Part shown: piece after piece, positions 10,044 through 20,188 of the stretch
How the letters are laid out: every line of letters starts with the position of its first letter
Numbering within the stretch: the stretch's first letter is position 1
Source of the DNA: an uncultured Candidatus Saccharibacteria bacterium
Lineage (GTDB): Bacteria; Patescibacteriota; UBA1384; GWA2-35-9; CAYZGQ01
DNA: 64,000 bases
Direction: 5' to 3'
Assembly (NCBI GenBank): GCA_964478135.1
Contig: CAYZGQ010000001.1
Span: 3,365 to 67,364 of the forward strand
Position numbers and translations under genes: made by a program
Notes under the pieces: generated by a model
Databases searched by the model: none
What the model was told of the DNA's origin: nothing
The model's input: the letters and a program-made list of their open reading frames with translations, nothing else

Positions 10044-11251
10044 AAACATCAAGGTTACTAATACTTATGATTCGTTTTAAAAGTCCTATTCTCGGGATTA
10101 TGATATTGGCTTTAGGTTGGTTGGGCGGATTTTTGCATGGCCACAGAAATCTTGTCTTTGAGCAATCGATTAAACCAACGATTGTTAACACAACTCTTCG
10201 AGAGCCAGATAAAGTTGATTTTTCACTCTTCTGGGACGCCTATAACGAAATTGCCCGAAAAGCGGTTGTTGAGCTGAATCCCAAACAGGCTCTTTATGGT
10301 TCAATTAGTGGTCTAGTCGGCACTTTAAAAGATCCTTTTTCTGTTTTTTTAAACCCCGATCAGTCCCGCCAATTTATAGATGATCTGGCGGGACAGTTCG
10401 ATGGGATCGGGGCCGAACTAGCCCTTAAGGATAATCAATTGATCGTGGTTGCCCCCCTGGAAGGTTCGCCAGCTCAAAAATCGGGCATCAAGGCCAAAGA
10501 TGTCATTGTCAAGATTGACGGGGTTGAGACTTCAACTCTCTCTTTCGGAGAGGCGATCGGCAAAATTAGAGGAGCAAAACGGAGCGTTGTAAAATTAACG
10601 ATTGCCAGGCAAGGCCAAGAGACCTTAATTGAATCGCCAGTCACCCGTGATACAATTCGGGTTAAGAGTGTTACGTCCCAAACCCGGGATCAAATCCTTG
10701 TGATTAAAGTCAGTCAATTTGGTCAAGACACATTAGGACTGGTTAAGTCATTGGCCAGCCAGGCCAAACGAGATCAGCCAAAAGGTATCGTCCTTGATTT
10801 AAGAAACAACCCAGGCGGTTTTCTGGATTCGGCGATTGATATTTCATCCCTTTTTTTAGATGGAGGAACGGTGGTTTTTGAGCAAGACAAGACTGGTCAA
10901 ACTAAGGAGTTTCAAACCACGCTTGAGCCGATGTTCGATCAACTGCCTATGGTGGTTATCATTAATGCCGGTTCTGCTTCAGCCAGCGAGATTGTCGCAG
11001 GAGCGCTTCAAGATAGGGGACGGTCTAAAATTGTGGGCGAACAATCTTTTGGCAAGGGTTCTGTTCAGGATTTGACCAAGCTTAGAGATGGTTCAACTTT
11101 GCGGATTACAACCGCAAGATGGTTAACACCTAACAAACGTCAGATTAACAGTCAAGGTATTCAACCCGACGAAAAGGTCCAAGATGATTCGGCGACCGAG
11201 GCTGACGAACAGCTTAACCGGGCCATAGAACTTTTATCAGTTAATAACTAA
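10040..11251 (+). CDS. ctpA: C-terminal processing peptidase (S41, Ctp/Prc family) with PDZ domain
   Basis: PDZ segment GSPAQKSGIKAKDVIVKIDG and S41 catalytic region LDLRNNPGGF...GSASASEI. N-terminal TM anchor. ATGA overlap with mnmA. Confidence 0.8.
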   Translation: MKTSRLLILMIRFKSPILGIMILALGWLGGFLHGHRNLVFEQSIKPTIVNTTLREPDKVDFSLFWDAYNEIARKAVVELNPKQALYGSISGLVGTLKDPFSVFLNPDQSRQFIDDLAGQFDGIGAELALKDNQLIVVAPLEGSPAQKSGIKAKDVIVKIDGVETSTLSFGEAIGKIRGAKRSVVKLTIARQGQETLIESPVTRDTIRVKSVTSQTRDQILVIKVSQFGQDTLGLVKSLASQAKRDQPKGIVLDLRNNPGGFLDSAIDISSLFLDGGTVVFEQDKTGQTKEFQTTLEPMFDQLPMVVIINAGSASASEIVAGALQDRGRSKIVGEQSFGKGSVQDLTKLRDGSTLRITTARWLTPNKRQINSQGIQPDEKVQDDSATEADEQLNRAIELLSVNN

Positions 11252-11257
11252 ACTGAA

Positions 11258-11581
11258 ATGGTAAAACTCGTCTTAAACCAATCGGTGCCGCGTCTAGGTA
11301 ATAGAGGTGATATCGTGACAGTATCCCCAGGTTTCGCTCGCAACTACTTGATTGCCAGAAATATGGCTGTTATGCTAGAAACATCGACCGCTCGGGCGCT
11401 AGTGGCAGAGATTAGATCCAGGGCCCGTATTAACGTCAAGGCAAAAACTACTCAATCAAAACTTGGCCAAGCACCAGCCGGGTCTAAAAGTTCCAAGAGA
11501 ATTGCTAGAAAGATACTCAAATTAAACAAGCAAGAATCAAGAAAATTAGCTGAAAACGTTACAATTAAGGAATCTTTATAA
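11258..11581 (+). CDS. rplI: ribosomal protein L9-like (N-domain only, basic C-terminal tail)
   Basis: MVKLVLNQSVPRLGNRGDIVTVSPGFARNYLIARNMAV matches the L9 N-terminal domain. The protein is only 107 aa and lacks the L9 C-terminal globular domain. Confidence 0.55.
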   Translation: MVKLVLNQSVPRLGNRGDIVTVSPGFARNYLIARNMAVMLETSTARALVAEIRSRARINVKAKTTQSKLGQAPAGSKSSKRIARKILKLNKQESRKLAENVTIKESL

Positions 11582-11628
11582 TTTCGATTAATTCGTTTAA
11601 TAAGAGTGAATAAAAAAAAGGAGGAATT

Positions 11629-12576
11629 ATGCCCGAGTTTGATCTTTCCCCGCCACCGCCCCAAGGACAAAATAATCCCAACGCGCCAGGCCAAGGATCA
11701 GTTAGTGATCTTAGAAACGCTCCAGTCTCTCCAGTCGCTGGGACAGCGCCTTTTAAACCTGACGCTGGGGCGATCGGTTCAGTGCCCAGCCATGAGCCAA
11801 ACCCCGGCCAAACGGTTGGTCCTAACCCCAATCAACCTGTGGTTTCGTCGGTTTTGGGTCCACCGGCGCCGGTTCAGCCCGATCAAGCTGGATCGGTCGC
11901 ACCTCCGGATAAGCCTTCTCTAGGTCCAGAACTACCAGCCGCTCAATCAGAATTACCCCCGGTAAAATCAGGGCGATCGGGTATGTGGAAGATTTTTATC
12001 GCCCTGGGCTTGGCGGTAGTGCTGACGGCTATTGTCTACGCTTTTGTTAGTCTACCATCACTGCGCGGCTTAATCGGCCTTGATAGCCCAGACAATCTAG
12101 TGCTAGATGATCAAGATCAAGTCAGCGATCTTGATGATCTGGGTTTTTCCGAGTTCGGGGATGATTTTTCAGACACGAGTCTCAATAACGGTGTGGTTGG
12201 AGATTTATCTCAAGGGAGGGTACCGGTTGGTCAACAAAATAACACTTCCTCGAACCTCGATAACCAGAGAAAGAATGATTTGTCATTGATTCAAAGTTAT
12301 CTCGAGGCTTACTTTACAGACAAGGGCGCCTATCCTGTCGCTGGATCATTTATTAAAACGAGCGATCCTTCTTCGGTTTTGCAGGCCGCGCTGTTACCGA
12401 GCTACGCCAGCCAATTACCAGACGATCCTAACTCGGGCCAAGGATGGTGGTATGGCTACCGTTCAGTTGATGGAGCTTCTTATGAACTGACCGCCCGGCT
12501 CGAAAACGAGATTGATCCGCAAGGGGTTAAAGATATTAGCGGTTTAACGCTTTACAAACTGAATAATCCCCGATAA
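11629..12576 (+). CDS. membrane protein: ~117-aa proline-rich N-terminal region, one TM helix, pseudopilin (GspG/type IV pilin)-like C-terminal domain
   Basis: Strong SD AAGGAGG at 11617-11623. Residues 1-117 are P/G/N/Q-rich. The TM is MWKIFIALGLAVVLTAIVYAF, preceded by ...SGRSG. The C-terminus DLSLIQSYLEAYFTDKGAYP...LPDDPNSGQGWWYGYRS resembles the GspG motif (Y..DnGrYP ... DPWG..Y.Y). Confidence 0.5.
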   Translation: MPEFDLSPPPPQGQNNPNAPGQGSVSDLRNAPVSPVAGTAPFKPDAGAIGSVPSHEPNPGQTVGPNPNQPVVSSVLGPPAPVQPDQAGSVAPPDKPSLGPELPAAQSELPPVKSGRSGMWKIFIALGLAVVLTAIVYAFVSLPSLRGLIGLDSPDNLVLDDQDQVSDLDDLGFSEFGDDFSDTSLNNGVVGDLSQGRVPVGQQNNTSSNLDNQRKNDLSLIQSYLEAYFTDKGAYPVAGSFIKTSDPSSVLQAALLPSYASQLPDDPNSGQGWWYGYRSVDGASYELTARLENEIDPQGVKDISGLTLYKLNNPR

Positions 12577-12643
12577 ATCTGGAACGATCGTTCTTCCTGA
12601 ACCAGTGGTTTAGTGAAACTATTCGTACTATAATTAGACTGTT

Positions 12644-13207
12644 ATGCCACGGAGGGGACTTAATTATCTTCTTTTTAGTTTAGTTGTTGTTTCGGCGATT
12701 TTGATGATCCTTTTTTGGCGCAGGAGTCCCAAACAGCCAGTTGACCGGCTGGCCCAGGAGCAGAAAGCGGCCGTTCTCTTTACCAGCGCCAAGGAGGCCC
12801 AAACATCGAGAGACTTTAAAACCGCGGTTGCCCGCTATCAGGAAGCGATCTCGTTCAACCCGAATGAGCCGGTTTATTTTGAGTCGCTCGGAGTCGCCCA
12901 GTATAACATTAAGGATTACCGGGGGGCGATTGCCAGTTTTGAGCAGGCGCTCAAATTGACGCCCGGGAGCGCCTTTTTATGGAACGGTTTGGCCAACGCC
13001 GCTCGCGACAGCGGCGATCGCCAGAGAGCCTTTGAGAGCTACCGCAAGGCGATCGAGCTTGACCCGGGTTTTTTGGTCGGCTACACCAACTTGGCTTACC
13101 TTTACCGAGACCAAGGCGCGGTTGACCGGGCTAAGGAGGTAATCGCCGAAGGTCTGGCCAAAAATCCCGACTCGGTTGAGTTGAAAGACATTTTAAAAAA
13201 CCTATGA
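12644..13207 (+). CDS. TPR-repeat protein with N-terminal TM anchor
   Basis: N-terminal hydrophobic helix followed by about 4 TPR units (YQEAISFNPNEPVYFESLGVAQYNIKDYRGAIASFEQALKLTP ...). Its stop overlaps the next gene as ATGA. Confidence 0.6.
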   Translation: MPRRGLNYLLFSLVVVSAILMILFWRRSPKQPVDRLAQEQKAAVLFTSAKEAQTSRDFKTAVARYQEAISFNPNEPVYFESLGVAQYNIKDYRGAIASFEQALKLTPGSAFLWNGLANAARDSGDRQRAFESYRKAIELDPGFLVGYTNLAYLYRDQGAVDRAKEVIAEGLAKNPDSVELKDILKNL

Positions 13208-16200
13208 AACGTCATTTGATTAAAACTCTCGAACGTTTGCTTCATCTGCGGCGCCGGACGACAGGCAGAGTTCACGCCCATCTGGTTGGTCGATGGGGCT
13301 GGTATCGAATCTGGCACGAATTTCCTTTTCACCGCCAGGTTCATTTAACCTCTCTTATTTTGATAGTTTTTGGCACGCTCGGTTTGGTCTTGACAGCCAC
13401 TCGGCCGGCCTTGGCAACTGACTACACCGTCTCGACCAACTCGACTTGGTGCGACTCGGGCGATCTGCCGGCCTCAATCGGCAATCTGACAATTAATTCC
13501 GGCGTTACCCTGACACTCGGCGGGACATCTGGCAACGCGGTCAACGGCCAGAATACTGGCGGGACCGACGCCTGTTCTTATGAGGCGCCGAGTTCGGGTG
13601 TCAGTTGGACAATGACCGGGACAGGGACCTTGACGGTTAACGGCACAATCAAAGTTCAAAGCGAGATTTCCGGCTCAACTGGCGGCACAGTCAAAATAGA
13701 TTTTGCGACAGTGACAGTTGCTTCAGGAGGTAAAATTCATGCTGACAGCACGGGGTTTCTCTCATGTAACACATCAGGTTGTACTGGAGGCGGAGCAGGT
13801 GGAGGACAGTGGACCTCTGGCTATTACGGTGGCGGTGGGGGGCATGGCGGGAAAGGCGGCACCGGTCATATTACTAATGGAAAAGGAGGTTCGGTAAATG
13901 GTAATTCATTTGCTCCTGTGACACTGGGTTCGGGCGGAGCGGGAGGTTCTCAAGGGGCAGGAGGTGGAGCAGTTTATATTAATTCAAGTGGCACCGTTAC
14001 AGTTACAGGAACGGTATCCGCAAATGGTGAGGTAAGCAATAGCAGTGTTGGCGGAGGGGGATCTGGAGGGAGCATTTACATTACCGCCGCTACTGTTGCC
14101 GGCGCAGGGACTGTTACAACGACTGGGGGGGATGGTGGTAGCGCATCCGCTGGTGCGGGCGGAGGCGGTAGAGTTGATATTCGCTATTCGACAGCCAATA
14201 CCTTTAGCGTTGCCAACGCAACAGCCGCAACTGGTTCTACTGGCGTAGCTGGTGATGCTGGAACAATTATTTTTATTGATTCAACCAACAAGGATGGGTA
14301 TATCTACAAAACTTTTACATTCAGTGCGGCGCAAGGAATAGATACAAACTTAGCGACAACTACTGACGGAATATTTAATTTTCGCGATCTTACTTTAGGC
14401 GACGCTTCCAACACTGCAACTGTGTTAGCAATATCAACCGGAACAAGCCCCAATGGTAAAGGACCAACCCTCAATCTAACTGGAAACTTTACTTTAGCCA
14501 GTGGCTCAACCTTTTCAGCCAATGGCACGGGTTATTCCGGTGGTTCAACAACTGGCGTTGGGCCTGGGGGTGGAACCTGGGCTAGCGGGTTTTACGGTGG
14601 TGGAGGAGGGTATGGCGGAGCTGGCGCCACGGGGAGCTCCAGCTATGGTGTTGGTGGCCCTACTTATGGTTCAGCTTCAGCGCCAATTGATCTTGGTTCT
14701 GAAGGTGGAGGCGATCTAGCATCCTCATCGGGTGATGGCGGCGGCGCTATTAGAATCAATGCTACTTCAGGCACTGTTACTATCAATGGCACGATTTCAG
14801 CCAATGGTTCTGCTGGAGGCAGTAGTGTATCTGCCGGCGGTTCAGGCGGCAGTATCTATATTACAGCAGCGACGACCGCTGGCACTGGTTCAATTACAGC
14901 TAATGGCGGCGCTGGAGGTAGTGGCAGCGCTGGCGGAGGGGGCGGCGGTCGGTTGGGTCTTTATTATGTGACTGCCCAAAATCACACCGGTAGCAGGACG
15001 GCCAGCCTCGGGAGCGGCGGGACTGGCGGCTCGGCCGGCACGGTCACTCTCAAATCAATCCCAGCCGCTCCGACCCTTTCCTCTCCGGCCGACGCCGACG
15101 GGGTTTCAACCACGCCGGCTTTGCAGTTTTCAACCACTAATGCCGGCACGAATGAAAATGTTCAGTACTACATCCAGATTGACGACAATTCTGATTTTTC
15201 CTCGGTCACTCAAACGATTGACCAAACCGCCTCTCAAACCGGTTGGACCGGACAAGATCGGGCTAACGGCACGAGCGCGACCGCCGGATCAAGTTTTTAC
15301 GCCTCCTCGACCAGCGCCACTTTTACGGTCCAGACCGCTCTGACCACCAACACCACCTATTACTGGCGCGTTCGAGCCATTGCCTCGGGTGGATCGAATA
15401 TCTATGGCAGTTACTCGAGTTCTCGTTCGTTCGTGACCAACGACCCGCCCCAAGTCTCGATCACCAACACCCCGAGCCAGGATTCTTCCGGCAACATCGC
15501 GATCAACTACAATATCTGTGATACCAACCACTCGACGCTGACCATGCGGGTCCAGTTTACGACCAACAACTCGATCTACACGACCGTCGCCGCCGGGGCG
15601 CTCTCGGGCACCAACAGCTTTGGGTCGGTCACCGGCGTCTCGAGTAATTGCGCCTCGCCCAGCGCCAAGACAGTCACCTTTGACGTCTCGGCCGATTCTA
15701 ATGTCCCGGCCTCCTACTACTCGGCCGCCTCGGGAAACTGGAAAGTTCGCATCCAAGCCGACGATGGCATCGCCAACGGCCAGATCAACTCGACCGCCTC
15801 GTCCGCCTTTGAGCTGGACAACGTCTCGCCCGCTACCCCGACCCATTCTTCGCCGGCCAACGCCAGCTACACCAACGACACCACCCCGGATTTGACCGGA
15901 TCGGCCTATTCCGACGACACTACTCAAACCAATCTTCGGATTCAGATTGACGATAATTCGGATTTTAGTTCGGTCGCTGTTGACTACACCAAAGGCGCTT
16001 CCGGCGTGACCTTTACGGTCGGTCAGGCGGTCGGTTCGGGGACATACACCGCCGGATCGGCCGGTCAAACTTTAGCCGACGGGACATACTACTTTCGGCT
16101 GCGCTACACCGATTCAAAAGGCAATCTATCGAGTTATTCGACCGGCACCTCGTTTACCGTTGACGCGACTTCGCCGGTCGCGCCTAGCTCGTTCAATATT

Positions 16201-19200
16201 TTTGACACTTCAACCGGCTCTAATAATTCCCATCAGGTTGAATGGAACGCCGCTACCGAGGCAAACTTCAAAAATTATCTTGTCCTGCGTTCAACCGATG
16301 ACGTCAGTTATTCGACGCTCTCAACCATTACCGATTCAACCATCCGCAACTATCGAGACTCCAGCCTTGACTCGGCTACGACTTACTACTATAAGATTCG
16401 GACGACCGACCAGGCTGACACGGCGACCGATACGGCCGCCGTGTCGAACAAACCCGGCGCCCCGACCCTCTCGGCGATTTCTTCCGGCACGCCCGGGACC
16501 AACTCGGCCACCATTACTTGGACTTCAAGCGAAAACGGCAGTTCAGAAGTTCGACTCGGGACCTCAAGCGGCAGTTATGGTCTTGGCGTTCGGGGCAACA
16601 ATGCCGACTCGGCTACCTCCCATTCCCAGTTGGTTTCAAATCTCAATCCCAATACGACCTATTACTACATCGTTAGGTCTCGAGACGGCAGTGGACTGGC
16701 GACCACCTCGGCCGAGAATAGTTTTACCACCGCGGCCAAAGTTTCAGCCAGCTCTCTTGCCTCGAGCGTCAGTCACACGACCGCCACCCTGACTTGGAAC
16801 ACCACTGGCACCAACACCTCGAGTGTTGTTGACTGGGGAACCTCAAGCGGCAGCTACAGCCGATCAGACGGCGACGCCGACGCTTCAGAGACGACCCACT
16901 CGGTTACCTTGAAAGGACTAGCTCCGGGCACGACCTATTACTGGCGGGTCAACTCGACCGATTCAAACCTAAATGCCATTACCTCGACCGAGCAGAACTT
17001 GACCACGACCGCCAGACCGGCGATTTCATCAGTCTCATCCGGCACGCCCGGTCAAACCAGCGCCGCGATCACCTTTTCGACCGACCGGTCGGTCAAGGAT
17101 GTTTTTGTTGATTACATTGCTTCCTCAACAAGCGGCGCCTGCGCCAGTGTCTCGAATGCCAAAACGGTTTCGGGCGGGATCGCCGCCAGCGCCGGCACGT
17201 CCCACAGCGTCTCTTTAACCGGTCTTTCGGCCGGCACGACCCATCGGTTCAGAGTTCGAGTGATCGAGCTTGACGCTTCAGCTGAGAGCGCCAATCAACA
17301 GGTTCAAACGATTGATGACAACTCCGGCGCCTGCTACAGCTTTACCAGCGCGACCGACTCGACCGCTCCGACTATTTCCAATCTCGCTTCCGGCAACATC
17401 ACCAACACCTCGGCGGTTATCACTTGGGAGACCGACGAGCCGGCGACCGGCCTTGTTTCGGTCAGCTCTTCAAGCGGTTTTGGTTTTGCCAGCGGCAGCC
17501 AGACAACCGCCAACCCCTCGGCCAATAATCAGAAACAGACCGCCGTTATTACCGGGTTGACCAGAAACACAACCTACTATTTCTTGGCCCGGTCGGTTGA
17601 CGGTTCAAATAATGCCACGACTGCTCCTGAAGCTTCATTCACGACGACCGGCGACGCGACCGGTCCGGTTATTTCCGGCTTGACCGCAAGCTCGATCACG
17701 ACCGACGGCGCCCTCATAACCTGGACGACCGACGAGCCGGCCACGACTCAAGTCAACTATGGCCAAACGACCAATCTGGGCTCGTCCTCGGCCAAAGATG
17801 AAAAGCTTGATCGCAATCACCGAGTCACGCTATCCGGTCTTTCGGGCGCCACGCTCTATTACTTCCAGGTGGTTTCCCAAGACGCCAACGCTAACGAGAC
17901 CAAGAGCCCTGTTTCCTCGACCACCACCTTGACCACCCAGACCGTGCCGAGTGTCTCGAGCATCTCGCTGGGAGAGATTAGTTCAAAAACAGCGACTGTC
18001 AGCTGGAGCTCCAATCTCGCTGGCGATTCGTTCGTCGATTATGGTCTGACTTCGAGTTATGGTTCGCGTCAAGGTCGAGCTGATGACAGCCAAACCGCAC
18101 ACTCAATCACTCTCTCTGGCTTGAAGTCCTCGACCACTTATTACTTTCGAGTCAGAACAAAAGATTCAAACGGCAACGAAGTCATCTCGTCTGGTTCAAG
18201 CTTTACAACCGAGAGCTCGGAAGACGATGTCTCGTCTGACAAATTGGCCCCGGTCATCAGCGGCAATGAAGCCAGCCTCTCTGGTCTAACCGATACTCGA
18301 GCGACAATCAGCTGGACAACCAACGAGGAGTCAACCTCGAGGGTGGATTATGGTCTTGACCAATCTCTCAATCAGTCCCAAAGCGACGATACTTTTGTGA
18401 CCAAGCATGAATTGAAGTTGACCGGCCTTGAAGCGGGCAAGAAGTATCGTTTTCAAGTCTCGAGTCTCGATCGAAACAAGAACCGCGGCAAAGGGAGCGT
18501 TCAAGAGTTTACGACCGCCAAGTCTTCGGCCATTTCCGACGCTTCGCTCGTCACTCAAGAGCTCGATAAACTGATCCTTTCGGTTCAAACGACCGAGGCG
18601 ACCAAGGTGAGGGCTCTCTTTGGCGCCGGTTTGGACAGACTTGACTCCGAAGTTTCAAGTCTGGGCGCCGAGACCTCGAGCCACGCCTTTGTGATCGAGA
18701 ATCTCACTCCGGGGACGGCCTATTATTTTCAGTTTTCGGTTAAGGACAAGTTTGGTCAGGAAACGACCACACCGAGTTTTTGGAAGTTTGAAACTCGAGC
18801 CTTGCCGAAAATTACGGCCGTTAATGTAACCGACCAACAGGCGACCCAGGCGGTCTTGTTGGTTTCAGTCAACACTAAAGCCCAAGTGATCGCGGCTTAC
18901 ACCGATCTTAATAGCAAAAGCCGGAGCGTTGGCTCTGGAGCGCTGGCCGAAAAGCACGAAATTAGGCTGGACGGTCTGAAACCAGAAGCAACCATTCCAG
19001 TTGCCTTGACCGCGATTGACGCATCTGGCAATCAGGCCGTTTTTCAAACCAATGTTTCGACCACCGGCGATCGGTCCGCGCCCGAATTTCAAAAAATCGA
19101 GACCGAGATTATCGGCGGGAGCGGCAACAAAGGGGCGACGATCATCGTCTCGGCGGTGCTTAGCGAGCTGGCGACACTTAATGGTCAGGCCGGTCTGGCC

Positions 19201-19461
19201 GCCAGCAATCAGACGCCGATAACCACGCCCAAAAACGCCGCCGCTAAGGAACAGACATTGGTTTTTCGGAATCTGCCTTCTGGTCAGTTTGTTAAGTTTA
19301 AGCTGATAGCCGAAGATCCGGCAGGCAATGTCACAGAGTCGCCCGACATCACCACCTTTACCCCGGAGCCGAGTAAAAGCGCTCTGACCCTTATCACGAC
19401 TCAACTTGAAACTATCTTCGGCGGTCTGGGAAAAGGCCTTCAGTCTTTATTTGGCAAGTAA
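13204..19461 (+). CDS. giant secreted/cell-surface protein (2085 aa): two ~230-aa Gly-rich beta-helix-like repeats followed by an array of fibronectin-III-like domains
   Basis: N-terminal hydrophobic segment with an AxA site (RPALA). Tandem Gly-rich repeats (GGGxGG...SGGSIYITAAT x2). At least 10 FN3-like modules with recurring TTYYWRV/YYFRV/YYYKIR/YYFQV signatures. S/T-rich. Confidence 0.8.
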   Translation: MKRHLIKTLERLLHLRRRTTGRVHAHLVGRWGWYRIWHEFPFHRQVHLTSLILIVFGTLGLVLTATRPALATDYTVSTNSTWCDSGDLPASIGNLTINSGVTLTLGGTSGNAVNGQNTGGTDACSYEAPSSGVSWTMTGTGTLTVNGTIKVQSEISGSTGGTVKIDFATVTVASGGKIHADSTGFLSCNTSGCTGGGAGGGQWTSGYYGGGGGHGGKGGTGHITNGKGGSVNGNSFAPVTLGSGGAGGSQGAGGGAVYINSSGTVTVTGTVSANGEVSNSSVGGGGSGGSIYITAATVAGAGTVTTTGGDGGSASAGAGGGGRVDIRYSTANTFSVANATAATGSTGVAGDAGTIIFIDSTNKDGYIYKTFTFSAAQGIDTNLATTTDGIFNFRDLTLGDASNTATVLAISTGTSPNGKGPTLNLTGNFTLASGSTFSANGTGYSGGSTTGVGPGGGTWASGFYGGGGGYGGAGATGSSSYGVGGPTYGSASAPIDLGSEGGGDLASSSGDGGGAIRINATSGTVTINGTISANGSAGGSSVSAGGSGGSIYITAATTAGTGSITANGGAGGSGSAGGGGGGRLGLYYVTAQNHTGSRTASLGSGGTGGSAGTVTLKSIPAAPTLSSPADADGVSTTPALQFSTTNAGTNENVQYYIQIDDNSDFSSVTQTIDQTASQTGWTGQDRANGTSATAGSSFYASSTSATFTVQTALTTNTTYYWRVRAIASGGSNIYGSYSSSRSFVTNDPPQVSITNTPSQDSSGNIAINYNICDTNHSTLTMRVQFTTNNSIYTTVAAGALSGTNSFGSVTGVSSNCASPSAKTVTFDVSADSNVPASYYSAASGNWKVRIQADDGIANGQINSTASSAFELDNVSPATPTHSSPANASYTNDTTPDLTGSAYSDDTTQTNLRIQIDDNSDFSSVAVDYTKGASGVTFTVGQAVGSGTYTAGSAGQTLADGTYYFRLRYTDSKGNLSSYSTGTSFTVDATSPVAPSSFNIFDTSTGSNNSHQVEWNAATEANFKNYLVLRSTDDVSYSTLSTITDSTIRNYRDSSLDSATTYYYKIRTTDQADTATDTAAVSNKPGAPTLSAISSGTPGTNSATITWTSSENGSSEVRLGTSSGSYGLGVRGNNADSATSHSQLVSNLNPNTTYYYIVRSRDGSGLATTSAENSFTTAAKVSASSLASSVSHTTATLTWNTTGTNTSSVVDWGTSSGSYSRSDGDADASETTHSVTLKGLAPGTTYYWRVNSTDSNLNAITSTEQNLTTTARPAISSVSSGTPGQTSAAITFSTDRSVKDVFVDYIASSTSGACASVSNAKTVSGGIAASAGTSHSVSLTGLSAGTTHRFRVRVIELDASAESANQQVQTIDDNSGACYSFTSATDSTAPTISNLASGNITNTSAVITWETDEPATGLVSVSSSSGFGFASGSQTTANPSANNQKQTAVITGLTRNTTYYFLARSVDGSNNATTAPEASFTTTGDATGPVISGLTASSITTDGALITWTTDEPATTQVNYGQTTNLGSSSAKDEKLDRNHRVTLSGLSGATLYYFQVVSQDANANETKSPVSSTTTLTTQTVPSVSSISLGEISSKTATVSWSSNLAGDSFVDYGLTSSYGSRQGRADDSQTAHSITLSGLKSSTTYYFRVRTKDSNGNEVISSGSSFTTESSEDDVSSDKLAPVISGNEASLSGLTDTRATISWTTNEESTSRVDYGLDQSLNQSQSDDTFVTKHELKLTGLEAGKKYRFQVSSLDRNKNRGKGSVQEFTTAKSSAISDASLVTQELDKLILSVQTTEATKVRALFGAGLDRLDSEVSSLGAETSSHAFVIENLTPGTAYYFQFSVKDKFGQETTTPSFWKFETRALPKITAVNVTDQQATQAVLLVSVNTKAQVIAAYTDLNSKSRSVGSGALAEKHEIRLDGLKPEATIPVALTAIDASGNQAVFQTNVSTTGDRSAPEFQKIETEIIGGSGNKGATIIVSAVLSELATLNGQAGLAASNQTPITTPKNAAAKEQTLVFRNLPSGQFVKFKLIAEDPAGNVTESPDITTFTPEPSKSALTLITTQLETIFGGLGKGLQSLFGK

Positions 19462-19483
19462 GTCCTTAAATTAAAGACAAGCG

Positions 19484-20188
19484 ATGCCAGCCAGCAACGT
19501 AATTGAACTTAGATCGGTCACGAAAATCTTTGACAAGGGCAAGCCGAACGAGTTCTATGCCCTCCGAGATGTCAGTCTCGAAGTCAAGGCCGGAGAATAC
19601 TTAATTCTTTTTGGGCCGTCCGGTTCGGGCAAATCAACCCTTTTGAACATTGTGGCCGGTCTTGATCCCTACGAGAAAGGCGAGGTCTTGATCCGAGGCG
19701 AGCGGCTCTCGAAAAAAAGTCAGAACGAGCTGGCTCGCCACCGGCGGGAAAAGGTCGGTATGGTCTTTCAGCAGTTTAACCTTTTGAAAGGGATGTCTGT
19801 TCTTGACAATGTTGCTTTGCCCGATTTGTTTGCCGGTAAATCTTACAAGGTCCGGCGCAATCGGGCCAAAGAACTCTTGAGTCGGTTGGGGTTGAGTAAA
19901 ATGGCTTATCGCAAGCCCAACGAACTCTCGGGCGGACAACAGCAGAAAGTCGCGATCGCCCGGGCCCTGATTCACAACCCTTGGATTTTGCTGGTTGACG
20001 AGCCGACCGGCAATCTGGACTCCAAGTCGGCCGAAGAGGTGATGAATCTACTCAAAGACCTTAACCAGAAGGGCAAGCGGACGATCATGCTGATTACTCA
20101 TAATCCGGATTATCTTGACTATTCCAATCGGGTGGTTTACATGCGCGATGGGAAAATCGAGCGAGAAAAGAGGTCAAGATCACGATGA
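19484..20188 (+). CDS. ABC transporter ATP-binding protein (LolD/MacB/FtsE-like)
   Basis: Walker [13 protein letters not shown] signature [15 protein letters not shown], Walker B ILLVDEPT. Confidence 0.85.
   Translation: MPASNVIELRSVTKIFDKGKPNEFYALRDVSLEVKAGEYLILFGPSGSGKSTLLNIVAGLDPYEKGEVLIRGERLSKKSQNELARHRREKVGMVFQQFNLLKGMSVLDNVALPDLFAGKSYKVRRNRAKELLSRLGLSKMAYRKPNELSGGQQQKVAIARALIHNPWILLVDEPTGNLDSKSAEEVMNLLKDLNQKGKRTIMLITHNPDYLDYSNRVVYMRDGKIEREKRSRSR

Noticed and set aside
15289-16068. 259-aa minus-strand ORF, plus several 60-210-aa ORFs on both strands, inside the 2085-aa surface-protein gene (13474-19404 region)
   Set aside because: They lie within a well-supported long coding frame of extreme Gly/Ser/Thr/Ala/Pro composition. 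The GC-rich codon repetition leaves alternative frames open by chance. Their translations are low-complexity Arg/Pro/Gly strings with no start context.
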